Shown: positions 53,742 to 64,000 of the stretch, piece by piece
How positions within the stretch are numbered: the first letter of the stretch is position 1
How the letters are laid out: each line of letters starts with the position of its first letter
Source of the DNA: an uncultured Gemmatimonadales bacterium
Lineage (GTDB): Bacteria > Gemmatimonadota > Gemmatimonadetes > Gemmatimonadales > GWC2-71-9
DNA length: 64,000 bases
Reading direction: 5' to 3'
Assembly: GCA_963739455.1 (NCBI GenBank)
Contig: CAVUAK010000001.1
Location: 1,888,001-1,952,000 of the forward strand
Notes under the pieces: model-generated
The model's database searches: none
Seen by the model: only the letters and a program-made list of their open reading frames with translations
What the model was told of the DNA's origin: nothing
Made by a program: the position numbers and the translations under genes

Positions 53742-55056
53742 GTGACTGCACCCAAGGTCCCGGGGCTCGCCATCGACGGCGAGCTTCGCCGGAAGCTCCT
53801 CTTCACGGCGCTCGCCCTCCTGATCTATCGCGTCGGCGCCCATATCGCGGCGCCGGGCGTGAACGTGCAGGCGCTCGCCGACTTCATCCGCAACTCGGGC
53901 GCGGCCGGCTTCTTCGGCCTCTACGACATGCTGGGCGGCGGCCTTTCCCGGGCCACCGTCTTCGCGCTCGGCGTCATGCCGTACATCTCCGCCTCCATCA
54001 TCTTCCAGCTGGCGGGCGGTGTCGTGCCGTCGATCGGCAAGATGCAGAAGGACGAGGAGGGCCGGAAGCGCCTGACGCAGTGGACCCGCTACACCACGGT
54101 CCTCATCGCGCTGACGCAGGCCTACACCTTCGCGCTCTTCACCGAGTCGATTCCCGGCGCATTCGCGAACCCCGGGTTCGCGTCGCGCATGATCATGGTC
54201 GTGACGCTCACGGCCGGCGCCATCTTCGTCATGTGGCTGGGCGAGCAGATCACGGAGCGTGGCATCGGCAACGGGCAGAGCCTGCTGATCACGTTCTCGA
54301 TCCTCGAGCGCCTCTGGCCCGCGACCATCCAGCTTGCCAGCTTCGTGAAGGGCGGGGTGGTGTCGCCGATCGGCGTGCTGTTCTACTTCGCCGTCACGGT
54401 GGCGGTCATCGCGGCGGTGGTGGCCATGACGATCGCGTCGCGCCGCATCCCGGTGCAGATCCCCCGGAAGGTCATGGGGCGTGGTCGCATCCGTGAGGGG
54501 CAGAAGACGTTCATCCCGATCCGGATCATCACGGCCGGCGTCATGCCGATCATCTTCGCCCAGACGATCATCATCGTGCCGGGCACGATCGCGAACTTCC
54601 TCAAGATCCCGGCGCTCTCGGACATGGCGGCGTTCTTCGCCCCCGGGACGGCGGCGTACAACATCGTGTTCGCCCTGATGATCGTGTTGTTCAGCTACTT
54701 CTACACCTCGATCATCTTCAACTCGGTCGACCTCTCCGAGAACCTGAAGAAGCAGGGCGCGTTCGTGCCCGGGCGTTCGTCCCGGTGCGGCCACGGCAGA
54801 CTACATCGACGCCGTCCTGGCCCGCGTGACGCTCCCGGGCTCGCTCTTCCTGGCCCTGATCGCGATCCTGCCGATGGTGGTGTCGCGGAAGCTCGGCATC
54901 CAGTCACAGTTCGGCGGCACCTCGGTGCTGATCGTGGTGGGCGTGCTGCTCGATACGATCGCCCAGGTCGACCAGCACCGCACGCTGCGCAAGTACGACA
55001 GCTTCATGAAGACCGGTCGCGTCAAGTTCCGGGGACGGCAGCAGCGGTTCATGTAG
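53742..55056 (+). CDS. secY: Preprotein translocase subunit SecY; frameshift near 54772
   Basis: ALGVMPYISASII, WLGEQITERGIGNG, AGVMPIIFA; the C-terminal FGGTSVLIVVGV is in ORF 54826..55056. Confidence 0.98.
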
Positions 55057-55077
55057 GCGACGGAGTCATCAGTGGAC

Positions 55078-55138
55078 AGTCGTGAGTCGTGAGTGTGCGG
55101 AGCGAAGGCCTCTGACGACTCACGACTCACAGCTTTTT
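55078..55138 (+). terminator. Terminator-like hairpin built from (AGTCGTG)n/(CACGACT)n heptamer repeats between secY and adk
   Basis: AGTCGTGAGTCGTGAG...ACGACTCACGACTCAC followed by AGCTTTTT. Confidence 0.55.
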
Positions 55139-55155
55139 CGGGGATGGGACAATCC

Positions 55156-55719
55156 ATGGACATACTGCTGATGGGGCCACCGGGGGCAGGCAAGGGCACG
55201 CAGGGCGCCCTTCTCGCCGAGGCACTCGGGCTCCCGAAGTTTGCGACGGGCGACCTGCTCCGCGATGCGGTGAAGCGGGGCACGCCGGTCGGGCTCAAGG
55301 CCAAGGCAGCCATGGAAGCCGGTCACCTGGTGAGCGATGAGATCATCATGGGAGTCATTCGCGATGAACTGGCGAAGCCGGAAGCCGCAAATGGCGTCAT
55401 TTTCGATGGCGTGGTGCGCACCATTCCGCAGGCGGAGGGAATGGAGCGGCTCCTCGCCGAGCGGAATCGGTCAATGGACCATGTGCTGTTCTTCGAGGTG
55501 ACCGACGAGGAGATCCTCGGTCGGCTCGTGAAGCGGCTGGAAATCGAGAAGCGGGCCGACGACGATCCCGCGGCCGTGGCCATCCGCCTCAAGGCATACC
55601 GCGACCAGACGGCTCCCGTCCTGGCCTTCTATGAGGCAAAGGGAATCGTGCGCCGCGTACCGGCGATCGGCGCGATCGACGGGATCGCCTCCCGGGTCCG
55701 GGCGGCCATCGGGCGGTAG
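55156..55719 (+). CDS. adk: Adenylate kinase (short-LID type)
   Basis: GPPGAGKGTQ, TGDLLRD, RADDD with no long LID. Confidence 0.97.
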   Translation: MDILLMGPPGAGKGTQGALLAEALGLPKFATGDLLRDAVKRGTPVGLKAKAAMEAGHLVSDEIIMGVIRDELAKPEAANGVIFDGVVRTIPQAEGMERLLAERNRSMDHVLFFEVTDEEILGRLVKRLEIEKRADDDPAAVAIRLKAYRDQTAPVLAFYEAKGIVRRVPAIGAIDGIASRVRAAIGR

Positions 55720-55723
55720 CAGA

Positions 55724-56480
55724 ATGATCACGCTCAAGTCCTCCAAGGAAATCGACGTGATGTCCCGGGCGGGCGACGTCGTCGCCCGGACCCTGGCCAT
55801 GCTGCGCGACATGGTGCGCCCGGGGCTCACCACCGAGGACCTCGACGCGGAGGCGGAGAAGTTCATCCGCAGCCACAAGGGCGCCAAGCCGTCCTTCAAG
55901 GGGCTGTACGGCTTCCCCAAGACCCTGTGTGTGTCCATTGACGAGGAAATCGTCCACGGCATCCCGTCCACCAAGCGGGTGCTCGCCGAGGGCAGCATCA
56001 TCAGCATCGACTGCGGCGTCTATCTGGAGGGGCTGCACGCCGATTCCGCCACGACCGTGGCGGTGGGCGCCATTTCGGCCGAAGCGCAACGGTTGATGGA
56101 CGTGACGCAGGAAAGCCTCGCCGCGGGGATACGTGAAGCCGTGGTGGGGAACCACATCGGCGACATCGGGCATGCGGTCCAGCAGGTGGCCGAGGGTGCA
56201 GGATACGGCGTGGTGCGGGAGCTGGTGGGGCACGGGATCGGCACGCGCTTCCACGAGGAGCCGCAGGTGCCGAACTACGGGCCGCCGAAGCGCCGTGAGC
56301 GGCTGGTGGCCGGCATGACCATCGCCATCGAGCCGATGATCACCGCCGGCGCGCCCGCAGACGAAGACACTGGCTGACAAGTGGACGGTGGTTACCGCCG
56401 ATGGGTCGTTGGCAGCACACTTCGAGCACACGGTGGCGATCACCAAGGAAGGACCGCGGATCCTCACCCGCGCGGCGTAG
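55724..56480 (+). CDS. map: Methionine aminopeptidase type I; frameshift near 56357
   Basis: IVHGIP, GHGIG.RFHEEP, IAIEPM; continues [17 protein letters not shown] to TAG 56480. Confidence 0.97.
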
Positions 56481-57069
56481 CACCCCGCTTCATCGCCGCC
56501 TCGGCGGCAGCGCGAACAGTCGCAGCAGCCCCATCCTCCCCAAGATTCCGAAGGTCTGCTTCCACGTTGCCGAGCGCCGCCTGGGACGCAGCGGAGGCAA
56601 GGTGCCGCGCGGTTGCGAGATCTGCGCCCAGGGCAGGGCCTACCTCATTCTCCAATTCCCGCGCGAGTTCGCTCACCTCGGCACAATGCTCCATGAGGGC
56701 CACCTGCAACCGCGCCGCCGCGAGTTCGGCGTCGTGCAGCGGCACCGATGGCACTGTGCCTGCCGCTGCACGCCGGGCCGCCATGACCGCGGCATAGGCG
56801 CGGTCATCGGCCTCACCGATCGCCAGCATCAGGGGACGAAGGGCCGCCGCCCGTGCGGCGATCATCTCCGCCACGGGGTGGAGCGCGGCGCGCTTCGGCG
56901 ACCGCAGTACGATGCGGCCGATCTTCTCCACCAGTGCCGCAGCGAAGGCACCGGCGATCGATGCCACGCGTCCGCCGGCCGGCAGCGGCTGGGGCGAGGC
57001 CACCGCCTCGAGCCAGCGTCCGAGAGACAGCTGCTCGTCCCAGCGTTCGCGAGGAGGGGTGTCGCTCAT
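56464..57069 (-). CDS. Formiminotransferase-cyclodeaminase C-terminal-like (cyclodeaminase/cyclohydrolase family) protein
   Basis: [50 protein letters not shown] resemble FTCD_C. Confidence 0.75.
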   Translation of the reverse strand: MSDTPPRERWDEQLSLGRWLEAVASPQPLPAGGRVASIAGAFAAALVEKIGRIVLRSPKRAALHPVAEMIAARAAALRPLMLAIGEADDRAYAAVMAARRAAAGTVPSVPLHDAELAAARLQVALMEHCAEVSELARELENEVGPALGADLATARHLASAASQAALGNVEADLRNLGEDGAAATVRAAAEAAMKRGATPRG

Positions 57070-57090
57070 GCGGCCCCAGGCGCGGCGCGT

Positions 57091-57870
57091 CTATGCACAG
57101 ATGCCTCGAAGCCAGGCGTGCATGGCCGGGTTGCCCGCGATGGCCGACGTGTGCCGCAGCATGTCGTGGCTTCCCTCGTAATCGGTGACAACGCCGCCCG
57201 CCTCGCGCACGAGAGGTACCCGGCTGCCATGTCCCACGGCGCGAGGCGCTGCTCCCAGAAGCCGTCGAAGCGACCAGCCGCTACCCACGCGAGGTCGATG
57301 GCTGCGGCACCTGGCCGGCGGATGCCGCTCGTCGCTGCGGCCACGCGGATGAACTGCCGCTGGTACTCATCCATACGGCTGACGTCCTTGAAGGGAAACC
57401 CGGTGCCGATGAGCGCGAACTCCGGCGCCTCGATGCTGGAGACGGACAGCTGCTTCCCGGCGAGCGACGCACCCTCGCCTCGCACCGCCTCGAACTGCTC
57501 GTGGCCCGGCACGTCGAGCACGATGGCAGCCTCGAGCACGCCATCCACGGCCGCGGCGATCGATACTGCCCAGACCGGCACCCCGTGCAGGAAGTTGGTG
57601 GTGCCATCGAGTGGGTCGACGATCCAGACGAGACCGTCGCGCACCAGCTCGGGACTCAACTCCTCGCCCACGATGCGCCCGTGCGGTGTCGCCTTGCTCA
57701 GCACCTCCGTGATGAGCACTTCCGACGTCTGGTCCACTTCGGTGACGAAGTCTCGCTGGTCCTTGACCTGCCAGCCCGCGGGGCCGGCAGGCCGGGTCAC
57801 GCTGCGGAGGTACTCGGCTGCCCGGGCTGGCCGCGAGCCTGGCGGCGTGCAGTAAGTCAAATGATGACAA
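57091..57870 (-). CDS. suhB: Inositol monophosphatase family protein; frameshifts near 57825 and 57215
   Basis: DFVTEVD, GEE, WIVDPLDGTTNFLHG, RRPGAAAIDLAWVAAG, PWDMAAG, EAGGVVTD. Confidence 0.9.
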
Positions 57871-57910
57871 GGTCTTGCGACGCTCCGTGAGCTTTGGTTA
57901 CGTTACCAGC

Positions 57911-58922
<1,012 letters not shown>

Positions 58923-58926
<4 letters not shown>

Positions 58927-60035
58927 CCATGACGACGACGAAGGCAGAAGGCGCAATGGAGCGGATCATCCGGGCGGCAGTCGAGCGCGGGGCATCCGAC
59001 CTGCACATCAAGGCCGGTGACGTCTTCCGTGCCCGCATCGACGGCAAGCTCGTCCCGCTCACGAAGCAGCGACTCACGCCCGACCAGACCCGGGCGATTG
59101 CACTCAAGTTGCTGACCACCGATGAGGACCGCGCCCGCCTGGAATCGCTGCGCGACTACGACTGCTCCTGGGGCATGCCGGGTGTCGGCCGGTTCCGGGT
59201 GAACATCCTCCGGCAGCGCTCCTCCATCATGATCGTGATGCGGGTCATTCCGTTCGCGGTGCCGACGCTCGCGTCGCTCAACCTGCCGCCGCTGCTGGGG
59301 AAGCTGGTGGAGTCGGAGCGTGGCCTCCTGATCGTGGCGGGCATCAGCGGGGGCGGGAAGTCGTCGACGATGGCGGCGCTGGTGCACCACATCAACCAGA
59401 CGCAGCAGAAGCACGTTGTCACGGTGGAGAACCCCATCGAGTTCCTGCATCGCGACCTCACCTGTTCGGTGACTCAGCGTGAGGTGGGGGTCGACACCGG
59501 CACCTACGCGGCGGGGCTGCGCGCCGCGCTGCGGCAGGACCCTGATGTCGTGGTGATCGGCGAGCTGGTGGACGCGGAGACGGTTGCCACCGCCATCAAG
59601 GCGGCCGAGAGCGGCTTCCTGGTCATCACCTCGATGCCGACACCCGACGTGGCGACCACGGTCGAGCGCATCGTGTCCATGCTGCCCAAGGACGAGCGCG
59701 AGATCGGTCGCGTCCGTCTCGCCGAGTGCCTGCGCGGCGTCGTGGCGCAGCAACTGCTCCCGCGGAACGATGAACCGGGCAAGATCGTGGCTTGCGAGGT
59801 GCTTCTCAGCACGCCGGAGGTGCGGGCGGCGCTGCGGGACACGGCGCGGAACGAGGACCTCAAGGGTCTCATGACCGATGGTGCCGCTGTCGGCATGCAG
59901 AGCTTCGAGCAGGACCTGGCGGCGCTGGTTGCCGCTGGTCGCATCACTGCCGAGGCGGCGCGGGCGGCGACTCTTCCCAGCGCCACGCCACCACCGGCTG
60001 GTGTGCCGGAGCGGCGCAAGCGGTCCAAGGCATAG
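58923..60035 (+). CDS. PilT/PilU-family ATPase (degenerate motifs)
   Basis: ASDLHIKAG, GRFRVN, Walker A GISGGGKSST, QREVG.DT, ALRQDPDV, GMQSFEQ. Confidence 0.9.
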
Positions 60036-60038
60036 CCG

Positions 60039-61150
60039 GTGACGCCGCGCGGCGCGCGGGCGCTCGTTACCAGTCTCATCGCCCACGGCCGCGAGGCAGG
60101 AACTCGTGACGCCGCATCTGCCCGCCCGCAGTGTCGCTCAGTTTCTCACTGAAATCGGCTACAATGTTCAGGAACACAGCCTTCCACTTCAATGCGGGCG
60201 TGTATCGCGCGCTGCCGATTTCGGGCGCGCTGCTCGCCGCGACTTCCCTGATCCAGATCCCGCTGCTACTCCGCCCGGCGCCAGCCTGGGCGCCGGTGAT
60301 TTCCCTGCTGCTGCTCGCGGCGCTGGTGGCCATGACCACCCTTGTCGTCCTGCGCGGCGACGGTGGACCGGACTATGCTCGCACGGATGCCAACCTCATC
60401 GCCAGCCGCGCGGGTCCCGGCGTTCGGTGCTGGCTGGTGGCGCACTGGATACCAAGGCGCAGGCTCAGTCGATGGCGGGGCGCCTGTGGACCGTATGGGT
60501 CACGGCAATCGCGCTGGGGGGCCTGACGTCCGTCGCAGTCGTGCGACTGCTTGGCGGCGCAGTGCCGGTGCCGCTGACCATGACGTCGGCCGCATTCGGG
60601 CTGCTGGGCGGGCTCCTGCTCACCGGCGGACGCCTGTCGGGCTCGTCCCCCGGTGCTCGCGACAACGGGTCAGGACTTGCTGGCGGTGCTCAGGGCGGCC
60701 GAGCTCAGCCACGACGCGTCGATCGGCGTGATCATCACTGGCGCGGAAGAGTTCGGGCTGGCCGGCGCTCGCGCCCTGGCGCGTGAGCACCCATCGCTCT
60801 TCACGCACGCGACCGTCGTGAACGTGGACACGATCGACGATGCGGGCACCCTGTTCGTGGTAGCCCACGACAGACAGGGCGGCGCCCTGGCTCACCGGGT
60901 CCTCGAACGGCTAGCCGGACTCGCCCCCGTAAGCCGGGAGCGCCGCCTCCCGATCGGCATCCTGGTGGACGGCGTCCCCCTGTCCGTGGTGGCCCGCGAG
61001 AGCGGTCACCGTGGGGCGCCTCAACTGGGCTACCCTGAAGCGGCTGCATACCCCCGGGGATGACGCCAATGGGTACCAGCTGGCGACTGCGGAACAGGTG
61101 GGGGAACGGCTGGCTCTGCCCGATTTGACCCGCTGCTGCCCGGCCACTAG
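60039..61150 (+). CDS. Membrane-associated M28-family peptidase; several frameshifts, boundaries approximate
   Basis: Fragments across frames: [46 protein letters not shown], with TM segments between. Confidence 0.75.
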
Positions 61151-61153
61151 TTT
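61125..61153 (+). promoter_or_regulatory. sigma70 promoter candidate for purA
   Basis: TTGACC-17 nt-TAGTTT; same -35 as the tRNA and rpsL promoters. Confidence 0.55.
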
Positions 61154-61170
61154 CCGCCAAAGGATTCAGC

Positions 61171-61195
61171 AGCCCCGCGAGGGGCTTTTTTGTTG
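61171..61195 (+). terminator. Intrinsic terminator-like hairpin immediately before purA
   Basis: AGCCCC-GCGA-GGGGCT followed by TTTTTGTTG. Confidence 0.7.
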
Positions 61196-61212
61196 CCATA
61201 AGGGGAAATGCC

Positions 61213-62498
61213 ATGTTCGACGCCGGCACCCGATGTGTCGTCGTAGTGGGAGCACAGTGGGGCGATGAGGGGAAGGGCAAGCTGGTCGACGTGCTCGCTG
61301 AGCGCGCCGACTTCGTGGTGCGCTACCAGGGCGGCGCCAACGCGGGTCACACCGTCGTCATCGGCAGTGACCTGTATGTGCTGCACCAGATCCCCTCGGG
61401 CATCCTCCATTCCCGTGCCACCTGCATCATCGGCAACGGCGTGGTGCTCGACGCCGAGCAGCTGTTCGTCGAACTGGACGACCTCACGAAGCGCAGCGCG
61501 ATCGCGAGCGGGCGGCTGCTGGTGTCCGACCGTGCGCACCTGGTGCTGCCCCTGCACAAGCAGCTGGACGTCGCCAGCGAGCGGAAGCAGAACATCGGCA
61601 CCACGGGGCGCGGCATCGGGCCCTGCTACGAGGACAAGGTGGGCCGTCGCGGCCTCCGAGTGGGCGAACCTCCGGAACCTCGAGAAGACCGCCGAGCTCC
61701 TGGCGGCGCGGGTCGACCGCGCCAATCACCAGTTGCACGAGATGGGCTGCACCGAGCGCGCGTCGCTCGACGAACATGTCGCGCTGATGGAGCGGCTGGC
61801 GCCGCGACTCCTGTCGCACGCAACCGATACCGGGCTGATCGTCGATCGCGCTGTGCGCCAGGGCAAGAGCGTGCTGCTCGAGGGTGCGCAGGGCGCGCTG
61901 CTCGATGTCGACCACGGCACCTATCCCGTACGTCACGTCGTCCAACACCACCGCTGGCGGTGCGGCGGTCGGCGCCGGCATCGGCCCGACGGCGATTCAC
62001 GGCGTGCTGGGCGTGGTGAAGGCGTACACCACGCGCGTCGGGCAATGGTCCGCTTCCCACGGAGGCGGAGCAGGCGGCGTCGGAGCAGCTGCGCACGCTG
62101 GGCGGCGAGTTCGGCGCCACCACCGGGCGTCCCCGTCGCTGCGGCTGGTTCGACGCGAGCGTGGTGCAGTACTCGGCACGGGTGAATGGCCTCACCGGGC
62201 TCGCCATCACCAAGCTCGACGTGCTCGACACCTTCAGCGAGGTGCCGGTCGGCACCGGTTACGACCTGGGCGGCGAGACCGTGCGAGGGCATGCCGGCCG
62301 ACGTCGAGGCGCTCGAGCGGGTGAAGCCGGTGTACCAGGTGCTGCCCGGCTGGAAGCGCTCGACTGGCGATGCGCGGAAGCTCACCGACCTGCCGTCCGC
62401 CGGCTCGCGCGTACCTCGACCGGATCGAGGAGTTGTCCGGCGTGCCCATCCGCTACGTGAGCGTCGGGACCCGCCGTGACCAGATCATCGAGGTCTGA
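61213..62498 (+). CDS. purA: Adenylosuccinate synthetase; about 5 frameshifts
   Basis: [66 protein letters not shown] across frames; stop TGA 62498. Confidence 0.97.
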
Positions 62499-63473
62499 TA
62501 CCCAGCTCCTCGTTGTCGGGGCCGGGCCCACCGGACTGTCGGTGGGCATTGCGGCGTCGAAGGCGGGGATCAGCTGCATACTGCTCGACCGCGCCACCGT
62601 GGTCAGCGCGATCGAGAAATATCCGCTCGGCATGACGTTCTTCTCCACGCCGGAGAAGATAGAAATCGGCGACATCCCCCTCGTCACCACCTCTGAAAAG
62701 CCAACGCGTCGCGATGGATTGATCTACTATCGCCGCGTCGCCGAGCACTATCATCTCGACGTACGCGTGCGCGAGACGGTAACTGCCATCACCCGCGAGG
62801 CCGATGGCACGTTCGTCGTTTCGGTGCGTCGCCCGCACGACTGAGGTCACCTATCGTGTGGATGCTGTCGTGATCGCCACCGGCTACTACGACCAGCCGA
62901 ATGCGCTAGGCGTGCCGGGCGAGGACCTGCCCCACGTGAGCCACTACTTCGTGGAGGGTCATCGCCACTGGCGCCAGAAGGTGGTGATCGTCGGCGGCGG
63001 CAACTCGGCGGTAGACGCGGCGCTCGAGAGCTGGCGCGCCGGCGCAGAGGTGACGATGATCCTTCGCGGCGACGGGCTGCACCCGACGGTGAAGGCCTGG
63101 GTGCTGCCCGGATATCACCAATCGGCTCACGGAAGGCAGCATCAAGGTCCGCTACCGTTCGCGGGTGCGTGCCATCACCGCGACGCATGTCAGCATTGCG
63201 AATGATCGTGGTGTCACCGAGGAGATTCCCGCCGACCGGGTCCTCCTGATGACCGGCTACCGCCCCGACCTCGGGCTGCTGCGCAGCCTGGGGGTGCCGA
63301 TCGACACCGAGTCGGGGGTGCCCGCGCACGACGAGGGCACGATGGCGACGCCGGTGCCGGGCCTGTACGTCGCCGGCGTCATCGCCGGTGGATACGATGA
63401 CAACCGACTCTTCATCGAGAACACCCGGCATCATGGAGAGCTGATCGTCGCCGATCTCCTTCGGCGAGGGTAG
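62476..63473 (+). CDS. YpdA-family (putative bacillithiol-system) FAD/NADPH oxidoreductase; frameshifts near 62840 and 63110
   Basis: VGAGPTG, YPLGMTFFSTPEKIEIG, KPTRRDGLIYY, ATGYYDQPN, HVSHYF, GGGNSAVDAALE, FIENTRHHG. Confidence 0.88.
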
Positions 63474-63479
63474 CACGCA

Positions 63480-64000
63480 GTGAGCGAGATCAGCCGGCGC
63501 GACATGCTTGCCGGGATGACCGGCCTTGCTGCCACCCTCACTCTTGGCTCCACAAGAATGCCTGCGATCGCGCCCGACTTCCCCCGCAAGTCCGATTTCC
63601 TGATCCCCGACGGCCTCACCTACATCAACTCGGCGTACACCCATCCGATGCCGAAGGCAGGTGTGGAGGCGCTGAGGGCGTATGCGCTGAGCCGTGCCAC
63701 ACCGACCGTCGACCTCTTTGACACGTCGGCGGCGGTGAAGCGGGTGAAGGCGGAGTTCGCGGCGCTGATCAACGCCACGCCCGAAGAGCTCGCGTTCATC
63801 CCCAACACCAGCACCGGCGAAAACCTTGTGGTGCGCGGGCTCGGTATCCCGGGCACCGGCGGCAACGTGGTGACGGATGCGCTGCACTTCGATGGTGCGA
63901 TCCTCCACCTGCAGGCGCTCCAGTCCCAGGGCCTGGAACTCCGGATGGCGATGCCGACGGCCGACGGTCGCATTGAACTGGCCGATCTCGACCGGCTGAT
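63480..64000 (+). CDS. Class V PLP-dependent aminotransferase-family enzyme with a Tat signal, partial
   Basis: Manual translation: MSEISRRDMLAG..., DFLIPDGLTYINSAYTHPMP, FAALINATPEELAFIPNTSTG, NVVTDALHF; runs off the window. Confidence 0.85.
   Translation, partial: MSEISRRDMLAGMTGLAATLTLGSTRMPAIAPDFPRKSDFLIPDGLTYINSAYTHPMPKAGVEALRAYALSRATPTVDLFDTSAAVKRVKAEFAALINATPEELAFIPNTSTGENLVVRGLGIPGTGGNVVTDALHFDGAILHLQALQSQGLELRMAMPTADGRIELADLDRL

Overview
High-GC bacterial chromosome segment. Gemmatimonadota is the likely lineage; this is an inference from gene content and EF-Tu/RpoC features. About 32 kb is core machinery: a tRNA-Thr/Tyr/Gly/Thr cluster, rpmG-secE-nusG-rplKAJL-rpoBC, the str, S10 and spc operons, and secY-adk-map. 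The left flank carries a partial cyclic beta-1,2-glucan synthase (NdvB/Cgs), an outer-membrane barrel, a lipoprotein, a coupled TPR-macrodomain-transglutaminase-ABC operon, uvrA and a DPP-IV peptidase. The right flank carries an FTCD-like gene, suhB, trpS, a degenerate PilT, an M28 peptidase, purA, a YpdA-like reductase and a Tat-signal class V aminotransferase. The most striking element (17.4-21.0 kb) is a tandem array of seven paralogous small membrane proteins. Each has a TM helix followed by a coiled coil with an EL(E/A)ER(L/V)DF(A/T)ER(L/M)L motif, a PspB-like architecture. An ECF-type promoter candidate precedes the array, and a CesT/YbjN chaperone and PspA/IM30 follow it, suggesting an expanded, non-canonical phage-shock/ESCRT-III envelope-stress system. 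Many essential genes carry single-base frameshifts that look like long-read assembly errors rather than biology.
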